From NCBI GenBank assembly GCA_002269645.1, contig NIVC01001867.1, positions 124,001 through 188,000 on the forward strand: DNA of 64,000 nt. Reading direction: 5' to 3'. The position numbers and the translations under genes are program-made. Source of the stretch: Macrostomum lignano. Its lineage: Eukaryota. Shown here in pieces: positions 55,769-64,000 of the stretch (within the stretch, counting starts at the first letter, position 1; each line of letters starts with the position of its first letter). The notes below the pieces were generated by a model. The model saw nothing but the letters and a program-made list of their open reading frames with translations. It made no database searches and was not told where the DNA came from.

Positions 55769-57356
55769 AGGAGGATTGTTAGATGTTCAAAAAGGATTAA
55801 CAAGCTTACCGAGCGTTTTTACTACTGGGAGGTATACAAATGAATTACACATCCCGTCTTACAACTTCGCAGGTTAACCAGTGGCCTGAGTGAGGAAGGC
55901 AATGTCCTTGCTAGTCACTATTTGTGGCGACATCTTCAAATTGCGTGAAACCCGTCATACAGCTTCAAGTACCACTTCAATTGAGAAATCTTTTGAAGGA
56001 ACAGAGGTAACTCCTCTTCCCAACGGTAACAAGCTTGAAGACACGGTGGCAATGCGCAGCCAAGCTCCTAAGTATTTTAAATATAAGGAGAAGGTTCAGA
56101 GAGCAGACGGAGATGGGCGGTAATCATCGCCGCTTAAGGTGTGCTCCAGCCTCATTCGAAAGATTGAGGGTAAACTGCCGGGGACTCGCTTAGATTTGAG
56201 ATTAAATCCTGACAATACTCCAAAATCTGATTCAATTCCAATAAATGGTATTGACTGGTTAGCATATTACCATGACTTAGCATACAGAGATGCTGACAAG
56301 AACCCGCCCGAGGAAGCATTAAGATTAAAACATGATGCCGATCAAAAAATGATTCAAGGATTAGATAACTTGCAGGGATTATCGGTAGGGCAAAGATTAA
56401 CTAGGTGGATGGTTAAAAAGATCTTGCAGTCTAAAGTTAAATTTGGTTTGGGAATTAATTACAACCAACATGGAAATAATTGTGTCGAGTGTTTATTATT
56501 AAGTGGTGGTGGGTTAAGTTCTGATGAGGCAAAGATTCTTCATAAAGAATATCGAAAACCGAAATTTTATAGAAAAATCATGAACTTCAAAAAGAATGAA
56601 ATTTGGTATGCTGATTTAATGTCGATGCCAAATGATAATGGATATAAATATATCTTAACAATATTAGATGGTTTTACTCGCTACGCGTGGGCTGTTCCTT
56701 TAAAATCCAAAAAGGGAGAGGAGGTTGCTGCTGCTTTTAGAAGTCTTGGAGAAAAAAGTGACCGGTTGTGTGTTGATGAGGGAAAAGAATTTTACAATCC
56801 TCATATGTATAAATTATATCATTTTGAAAAAGGACAAGAAAGGAAAAAAGACGCGAATGGGGAGTATATTAATAAAATTTATTCTATTTATGGAGAAAGT
56901 AAAAACGCATTAATAGAAAGATTTAATCGAACTTTAGGTAAGAAATTGTGGTTTCAGTTTAGTCTTAATGGTAACCAAAAGTGGGTAAAAATATTACCAG
57001 ACGTTGTGAAAGATTATAATAACTCATATCATTCAGCTATCGTTCCTTCGGAACGCGGACTTCGTACGATAAAGATGACTCCTCAACAAGCTTATAACAA
57101 TCCTGAAAACGTTAAAGTTACTTTTGGAAAATTTGAAAAAAATAAAAAGAAATCTTTTAAGGTTGGTGATTCTGTTTATATCTATAAATGGAAAGATAAG
57201 TTTGAAAAAGGAAGAAAAGGATATTGGAAGATAAGTGAGAAATTTACTATCAGTAAAGTTTTAAATACCAATCCTACAACCTATATAATTGCTGATAAGG
57301 ACGGTGAAGAAATATTGGGTTCTTTTTATGAGAACCAGATAATGTCTGCGAACTAA
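55716..57356 (+). CDS. PLA2-DDE integrase fusion (445 aa after splicing; exon 1 55716-55874, exon 2 56178-57356)
   Basis: Removing 55875-56177 gives in-frame ELHIPSYNFAG-PGTRLDLRL...YYHDLAY followed by integrase D-D-E motifs. Confidence 0.9.
55875..56177 (+). ncRNA. Group I intron (303 nt, IC1-like, ORF-less), element B
   Basis: U at 5' splice site, terminal G; P1 CAGGU/GCCUG(55884-88); P3 55931-37/56109-15; P4 UGCGUG(55942-47)/UGCGCA(56053-58); P7 GAGCA(56101-05)/UGCUC(56142-46); P-like AAAUUGCGUGAA, Q-like AAUGCGCAGC, R-like GUUCAGAGAGCA, S-like UUAAGGUGUGCUCC. Confidence 0.9.
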
Positions 57357-57366
57357 GTTCAAACAG

Positions 57367-57591
57367 TTACTTAAGACAACATGGTAGTAAATTTTTTATT
57401 ACAAACAAAAACAATATTATTACTATTATTGTTACTAATATTATTATTGACATTTGTTCAACTGTTATCAAACTTAAATTTTCATTAAGTTCATTAATTG
57501 GAACATTTCCGATGTAGGAATAGTTTACCTTCATTTTTTTATATATATTTTTCATAATAAATGTTGTTTCTGTTATAGAATAATAATTCAT
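57367..57591 (-). CDS. Small TM protein (74 aa)
   Basis: Homolog of 16269-16523. Confidence 0.8.
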   Translation of the reverse strand: MNYYSITETTFIMKNIYKKMKVNYSYIGNVPINELNENLSLITVEQMSIIILVTIIVIILFLFVIKNLLPCCLK

Positions 57592-57606
57592 TTTTTAAAT
57601 ATTTTT

Positions 57607-57921
57607 TTACATAAAAATTTCAATTTCATTCTCAGAATCACTGGTTTCATATGAGCTATTTGTTGATTCGGAATCTGTTGATCTAACCTCCCAATCATCC
57701 GAATTTAAATAATCTCCAAGTTGAAATATTAACTCTCCCTCTTGTTCTAATTCATACATCTCATCTAGCTCTAATGGATAAAGCTTTAGGTCATGCTTGT
57801 CGTCATATTTTAAATAAACTTCATCAATTATTCCATTCAAAATATGTTGTTTTATTATCTCTGCATTTTTAGCAACAGTCTCAAAAGTATCACTAACAGA
57901 AAAGGTGTAAACTCGGGTCAT
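57607..57921 (-). CDS. Small acidic protein (104 aa)
   Basis: Homolog of 15938-16252. Confidence 0.8.
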   Translation of the reverse strand: MTRVYTFSVSDTFETVAKNAEIIKQHILNGIIDEVYLKYDDKHDLKLYPLELDEMYELEQEGELIFQLGDYLNSDDWEVRSTDSESTNSSYETSDSENEIEIFM

Positions 57922-57929
57922 TTTTAGTA

Positions 57930-58282
57930 ACAGAAAAAGCCCCTTCGCGCCTGCGGCGCGTGCGAGGGGTTATAGAGATTTGGAAGTGTTAGAAGTGTTG
58001 GGGAGTGTTGGGTTGTGTAGTAGTAGGTAAAACGACGCTTACAGATCAGACCTTTTTTAATGGCCGTTTATAAGGTTCCAGAGGGGGGACACGAGGGGAG
58101 TGTTGGGGAGTGTTTGGAAGTGTTGGGAATGATTTTTATTGTTAGGGGGTTTTTAGATGTCTTTTTGTGTTAATGGTGATTAGATGTGTTTTTTTATTTA
58201 CCCCCCGTGTCCCCCCTCTAGACCCTTAAAACGGTCATTAAAAAAGTGCTCTGGGTCTAGAAGCGTCGTTTTACCTACTACT
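57930..58282 (-). repeat. Polinton-B right TIR
   Basis: Inverted copy of 40563-40915. Confidence 0.95.
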
Positions 58283-58487
58283 GCCGCAGTTGCTCACACT
58301 GCACCGCTGCCGCATCTATCTGGCAGGGTCCCGGTGTCTCTTGGATGATCATATTTGACGCCTATTAATATCTATTATAGCTTTGAGGTTTGAGTATGAC
58401 CAGACTGCTGTCACAGTACACTGGTAATTCTTCAGTTCGTAACAGATTTTAAACAAGAACTTTGTGGTGGATTCAAGTCAACTAACC

Positions 58488-59048
58488 TGAGGAGAAGAGA
58501 GGAGAGGAGAGAAGAGTAGAGGAGAGGAGAGTAGAGGAGAGGAGAGGAGAGGAGAGGAGAGGAGAGGAGAGGAGAGGAGAGGAGAGGAGAGGAGAGGAGA
58601 GGAGAGGAGAGGAGAGGAGAGGAGAGGAGAGGAGTGGAGAGGAGAGGAGTGGAGAGGAGAGAAGAAGAGAGGAGAGAAGAGGAGAGGAGAGGAGAGGAGA
58701 GGAGAGGAGAGGAGAGAAGAAGAGAGGAGAGGAGAGGAGGAGAGGAGAGGAGAGGAGAGGAGAGGAGAGGAGAGGAGAGGAGGAGAGGAGAGGAGAGGAG
58801 AGGAGAGGAGAGGAGAGGAGAGGAGAGGAGAGGAGAGGAGAGGAGAGGAGAGGAGAGGAGAGGAGAGGAGAGGAGAGGAGAGGAGAGGAGAGGAGAGGAG
58901 AGGAGAGGAGAGGAGAGGAGAGGAGAGGAGAGGAGAGGAGAGGAGAGGAGAGGAGAGGAGAGGAGAGGAGAGGAGAGGAGAGGAGAGGAGAGGAGAGGAG
59001 AGGAGAGGAGAGGAGAGGAGAGGAGAGGAGAGGAGAGGAGAGGAGGGA
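58488..59048 (+). repeat. (GAGAG)n microsatellite
   Basis: Direct reading. Confidence 0.97.
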
Positions 59049-59130
59049 GAAGATAGCTAAGAAGAGACACTAACAATAAGCGGGCCGAATTGGTATTGTG
59101 AAGTTTCAAAGGACACGTAGAGAGGCTTTG

Positions 59131-59384
59131 CGGTCCGTATGTGGCCGCCCTGGGTTAGAGCGTCGGACTCGCGGCTTGAAGGTCAGGGGTTCGATTCCTG
59201 ATCCCACTGGAACAATTTGTGTCCTTGAGCAAGACACTTGACTCTGCATTGCTTCAGTTCATCCAGCTGTAAATTGGGTGCCATCATTAGCTGAGGTAAT
59301 TGAGGGTGTGTGGTGACCCCCAGTCCTTGGACTAAACAGCCGTACGCAGCCTTCAGATGTATTCAATTATTATTATTATTATTA
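59131..59384 (+). mobile_element. tRNA-derived SINE (MetaSINE-like core)
   Basis: A-box TGGCCGCCCTGG, B-box GGTTCGATTCC, core GTGTCCTTGAGCAAGACACTT...CCAGCTGTAAATTGGGT, (ATT)n tail. Confidence 0.8.
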
Positions 59385-60152
59385 CTTGTATTATAATTTG
59401 ATCAACCAAAATTTGCCAGTTATTTCACTGAAGCCCTCAGCACACCTGTGCAGCGATTCGCGTGACTGCGGCCGGCATAAATAAACTGCAGAATTGCAAA
59501 TCTCGATCCGCATTGCTTTGCATAAAGCCGGGCCCGCCGAGCTTCCAACTGAGGGCAGTGGCGGTGGCAAATGCCCGCCTGTAACAAAACACCCCGCCAT
59601 GCTAATTAACCTGCGCTGTGCTGGCGTATCAGCCTCTCCGCTGTGGGAACCAGAAACTCTGTAATTGAAGACTCTCAATCTTGCATTTTCGAGGTGCGAA
59701 TGTAGCCATCAGGCTTCAAGAGCTGCTCCAATCAAGATTAATGACTCTAGAAATGGTGAAGTCTAGTGCAAAACTGCTGGCCCAACAGCCAACCAACTGG
59801 ACTGCAACAAATTACAAGTATTTCTGCTGTTACAATAACTCGTAAAATTCGTAATTGTTAGTAAAATCTAGTAAAATTTCTACATGCACTGGATTTCTGG
59901 TCAACTGCGCATTGAAACAGGCAGCTGGAAGAAGCTGGAATTTGGGCGACTTCATTATTTTTACTTCTTTACTTTCATTGCTTTCTACTATGAGTAGTGC
60001 AGTGAGAATTGTTCTGCCGTATGGATAGCTTTATTAGGGACAGGGGCTGGGTGCACTCTGGCGCACATTGTTACACAACCGGCGAGAGGCATTACTGCCC
60101 ATTCCGCCGACTCCCCTGAGCAGGCACACAAGCGAGCGGATACGTACGCAGT

Positions 60153-60475
<323 letters not shown>

Positions 60476-61128
60476 GGCCTCCCAAAAGCCACTTCAATGT
60501 GATTGACAGAAATGAAAAATTTAAATGAGGTGTTGGAAACTAGAAGGGTGATCGATATGTGAGCTCAATAAGTGACCGATGGGAGATCGGTTGATTCGAA
60601 GCCAGCAGAAGCCAGAAATCTAAGAAATGCTTTAACAAACTGGCAATTTTTGCACCCGGCAGCTCTGCACACTCGCCCGAGCGCCCCACCCAGATCGATC
60701 CGCTGCCAGCCCGAACGGGTGAACAGCCTGCAGATTATTTTCAGCCACTCCCCGGCCCTTCAGTGCCAGCTGGATCTGCGCCGCCTCGCCTTCCCAGAGA
60801 CGCAAAGAATCGCGGCAAAGGTTGCGCCAGCCGTCCACTCCGCCAATTGCACTACGTCGTAGCAGCCAGACCAAATCTGGGGGAGGGGGGGGGTTCTTCC
60901 CTCATCCCTCTCGGGTCCGCAGGCCCTTGATCCCTGTGTAAGCACGAACTGTTAGTAGGCGCTTTTGTTCGCGACCCCTAGCGGGGTTTTAGCAGGCGGG
61001 CAGAGCGGCTAAAAGGGGATTTCTGCACGAATTTGAGAGTGCAGACACCTGGAAGCTCTCCGGGACCGCCGATCTTCGTCTGACTCACTGGGCAGCCACT
61101 CTACCAGTGTTTAAAGTTCTCGTGTGTC

Positions 61129-62328
61129 ATGCCGCTGGCGGCTCTCTGGAGTTGCGGTGGCTCCAAAAAGCGGCAGCGGAAAGAGCAGCAGCAGCAACAT
61201 GGAGGCAAGGATCCCACTGCCACCTCCCGCGAGGCTGAGGTACCCGAGGATGTCGACTTGACCGAAGCTCTGGCCGACGAAGAGATCGCCGAGTGCGTGC
61301 GGACTTTCAACACATTCGACTACGACAACGACGGACGCATAAGCATGAAGGAGCTTGGCAACATCCTGCGCTGCCTTGGATACGGCTGCTCTCGGGCAGA
61401 GCTCAAGGTGAACTATCTTGGTATAGTTGACAATATTCCTAGAGCCGCTAGGAATACTATGGTAGTCTCTAGGTGAGACAAGTCTAAACTCTACAGAGCC
61501 TTACCTGCCGAGCGTTCCTCCAGACCACAAAATTGTCCAGACAGAATCCTCCAGACCACAGAATTGTCCAGACAGAATCCTCCAGATCACAGAATTGTCC
61601 AGACAGAATCCTTCAGATCACAGAATTGTCCAGACAGAATCCTCCAGATCACAGAATTGTCCAGACAGAATCCTCCAGACCATGTCCAGACAGAATCCTC
61701 CAGACCATATCCAGACCAGATTCCGGATTCCACTGGAACAATTTATGTCCTTGATTAGCTGGGGTATTTGAGGCTGTGTGTGGCGACCCCCCTGACCATG
61801 GACTGAACAGCCGTACGCAGCCTTCAGATGCGCCGCTTCAGCTGCGGCTGAGCTGTCGGTTGCACATCTGGCCCAATTGGAGCAGGTGTAATCAGTTATT
61901 ATTATTATATTACTGGGTTGCAGAATTCACTGCAGAGGTCTCTGAATGTTTTTGAGTGGTAAGAATTCCCGGAAAACTCGAAACTTGGGCCTCAGAGTGC
62001 AGCCCTGCTCCCGCAGGAGATGTTCGCCGGCATTGACAAGAACGGAAACGGCTTCATTGACCTGCAGGAGTTCCTCGGCCTCGTGGGCCTCGGGCAGCTT
62101 CGCCACCGGCAGCAGACGGACCGCCAGCTGGCGAAGGCCTTCCGAGTCTTCGACGCCGACCGAGACGGCTTCATTGGCCCGGCGGAGCTGCGGGCTGCCC
62201 TGCGCCGCCTGTTGAAGCCCGCTGAGGTCACCGACCGCCTGATGGACGACATGATCCGCGGCGCTGACCGTGACGGCGACGGACGCGTCTCCTTTGCCGA
62301 GTTCGTCGGCATCGTCAGCCCGCGGTAG
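61129..62328 (+). CDS. Calmodulin-like 4-EF-hand protein (exons 61129-61407, 62017-62328)
   Basis: EF loops DYDNDGRISMKE, DKNGNGFIDLQE, DADRDGFIGPAE, DRDGDGRVSFAE; in-frame GT-AG intron. Confidence 0.9.
61517..61715 (+). repeat. 31-bp minisatellite, ~6 copies, intronic
   Basis: CAGAATTGTCCAGACAGAATCCTCCAGATCA units. Confidence 0.9.
61726..61910 (+). mobile_element. 5'-truncated, internally deleted copy of the same SINE
   Basis: Shares CCACTGGAACAATTT, GGACT(A/G)AACAGCCGTACGCAGCCTTCAGATG and (ATT)n with 59131-59384. Confidence 0.75.
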
Positions 62329-63140
62329 CCGGAGCCATTGTGGATCGAGGCCAGCTGAGAGCTGGGGAATGCGGCCCAGTTTCTTGCCTTCCATCTGAAG
62401 AGCCCAATGACTCCACAAGCTGATATTGGTTGCACTCGTAGTTAAAATTTAGCGCTGTTTTTGCTGTACAGTACAGAATTCTTGGATCGCGTGCGTGCGG
62501 ATGTCATTGCCCCAGGCTGCTGCGAGAAATTTGCTTAAAAACAAACACTTTTTGTTGTCTCGATGAACTGCTGAGTTTTTTGCTAAGTTTACTCACTTCT
62601 CGCTTGTTGGGACGCAGAAGAAGAAATCTCTGCACTGTATCAGTGGGTAAATTCGCCCACTGTGCATCAGCCCTAACCCAAGGCAGATACTCAAGCCTGC
62701 TTAGTTTCTCACCGATTGGACATGGAGACATTTTGGGCTCTGTGAAGTCCTCTACTGACTCTACTCAGATGTAGATATGACCTCAGTGTAAAATTCTGGT
62801 ACTACTTAGGATGCTCCGTCAATCTTCGTCCCCCGCGAGCTCGCAGACAACTCGGTGTACAATTGGCATATGTCTCGGGGCAGAGAAGTACAACTCAGGC
62901 TCAGGCGCAAACAATGAGAACTTCAAGGCGTCCATTTCTTGCACTCAGAGCTTCTCAACAGCAGCGAAGGAAGAGGAGGCGAGGTTCGCTACCGAAACTT
63001 GAAAAACTTTGCCTACATAATTTCTATCAAGGGGACGAAAATAACGAAAATGAAACAGTCGGATGGTTGAAGCTGTGTTAGCTAACAACTGCTCAAAACG
63101 CTGAATTTCTCAAATCACTCCAAAACTCCAATCATCAAAA

Positions 63141-64000
63141 ATGCGAGCAAGTCAAGCAGTCACCGTCGCTCACATCGCGGTGCTGCTGACGATGCGCTGC
63201 TGCCTGAAGGTTATGGAGTACCAGTTCATCACACTGGCCGCAGCAAGCTCCAATGCCAGCACCGACACCGAGGGAGTGGCGGAGTCGGCCTCGCCGATGT
63301 CCTGGATGTACACCTGCCGCTTTTTGCTAGGCGCTCTGGGCGGCCTGGTGGCCTGCTGGATCGGCCACGTGCGCACCCTGCAGCTGGGCGGCTGCGTCCT
63401 GCTGGCATCGGCTGGCTCCATGGCCGGCGCCGTGTACACAGACCAGTGGAGCCCGGACTCTGGCGCCGCGCTGACCGCCTGCGCCCTCATGCTGGTCTAC
63501 AACGGCCTGGTGATCCCCAACGTGATGTACGCAGTGCTGAGCAAGCGGACGAGGCCGCAGCGCCGCACGGTGCTCTGCGCGCTCGTCTACATGTCCTCCG
63601 CGGCCGGCCTGTTTGTGGGCATCCAGGTGCAGCACCTGCTGACCAACCCGAGCGTTGGCAAACACTGCAGCCTCGTCTGGTTGGCCTTCGCCCTCGCCTT
63701 TGCCGCGCTCGCTATCCTGGCGCTGCCGCGGCTCGACGCAGCAGCCGCGATGGCACCGAGCTCCGGGCAGCTCGACACGGCTCCGCCGCCGCCGTTCCCG
63801 AAGCTGCTGTGCAACTGCGGGCACGTCCTTCTGCCGACTTGGAGCCGTCTGAAGCGCAGCTGCATCGTCTTCGGGACGCTGATCCCCTTCCTGGTGGGTC
63901 TGTGCGATGACCGGTCCTCGGCCTTCAACGCGCAGCGGGCGCTGCAGCCGCTCATCGCCAACTCCAGCGGAGGTAACTCCGGAAATGACCGATTGAGCGA
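63141..64000 (+). CDS. MFS transporter, POT/SLC15-like (runs off window)
   Basis: Open frame from ATG 63141 (MRASQAVTVAHIAVLL...) with several TM segments; LMLVYNGLVIPNV...LVYMSSAAG resembles the PTR2 region. Not in the ORF track because it has no stop in the window. Confidence 0.65.
   Translation, partial: MRASQAVTVAHIAVLLTMRCCLKVMEYQFITLAAASSNASTDTEGVAESASPMSWMYTCRFLLGALGGLVACWIGHVRTLQLGGCVLLASAGSMAGAVYTDQWSPDSGAALTACALMLVYNGLVIPNVMYAVLSKRTRPQRRTVLCALVYMSSAAGLFVGIQVQHLLTNPSVGKHCSLVWLAFALAFAALAILALPRLDAAAAMAPSSGQLDTAPPPPFPKLLCNCGHVLLPTWSRLKRSCIVFGTLIPFLVGLCDDRSSAFNAQRALQPLIANSSGGNSGNDRLS

Larger units (their letters stand above)
40563..58282. mobile_element. Polinton/Maverick element B (17,720 bp), inverted relative to A
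   Basis: AGTAGT...ACTACT termini, 353-bp TIRs, 6-bp TSD GCCGCA (40557-40562, 58283-58288), intact pPolB. Confidence 0.98.

Noticed and set aside
55890-56123. 77-aa ORF as an intron-encoded homing endonuclease
   Set aside because: No nuclease motif, not conserved in the A intron, overlaps structural helices.
55875-56177. Spliceosomal intron, or simple insertion with the integrase starting at GTG 56139 (ATG 17787 in A)
   Set aside because: No GT-AG ends; the U/G boundaries and paired core fit group I; the ORF-track starts lie within the intron and give unrelated N-termini in the two elements.
59141-59205. tRNA gene
   Set aside because: No proper acceptor stem; it continues into a SINE core and (ATT)n tail.

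Overview
Eukaryotic (invertebrate animal) genomic DNA. Host genes: a minus-strand multi-Ig type I membrane protein, a minus-strand non-chordate classical-cadherin-like gene that seems to lack nearly all cadherin repeats, a 4-EF-hand calmodulin-like gene and a POT/SLC15-like transporter that runs off the window. Mobile DNA: a young full-length Ty3/Gypsy LTR retrotransposon (11322-34777 including its passenger) and two complete, related Polinton/Maverick ('adintovirus'-like) elements in opposite orientation. Polinton-A (15606-34765, TSD GACTTC) is nested in the Gypsy 3' LTR; Polinton-B is 40563-58282 (TSD GCCGCA). Both carry pPolB, integrase, MCP, penton, packaging ATPase, cysteine protease and a fibre. 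Comparing the two copies by eye shows four unusual things. (1) A group I intron with co-varying P1/P3/P4/P7 helices splits the Ca-binding loop of a PLA2-integrase fusion gene in both elements. (2) An unrelated free-standing endonuclease sits just upstream of it in each element (PD-(D/E)XK-like in A, HNH-like in B). (3) About 15 tiny 28-bp double-hairpin elements with conserved structure but variable sequence show presence/absence differences, often as frame-preserving 30-nt insertions. (4) Each TIR contains an internal inverted copy of the terminus that co-varies with the real end. All alignments and folds were done by eye, with no searches run. Many single-base frameshifts may be assembly errors.
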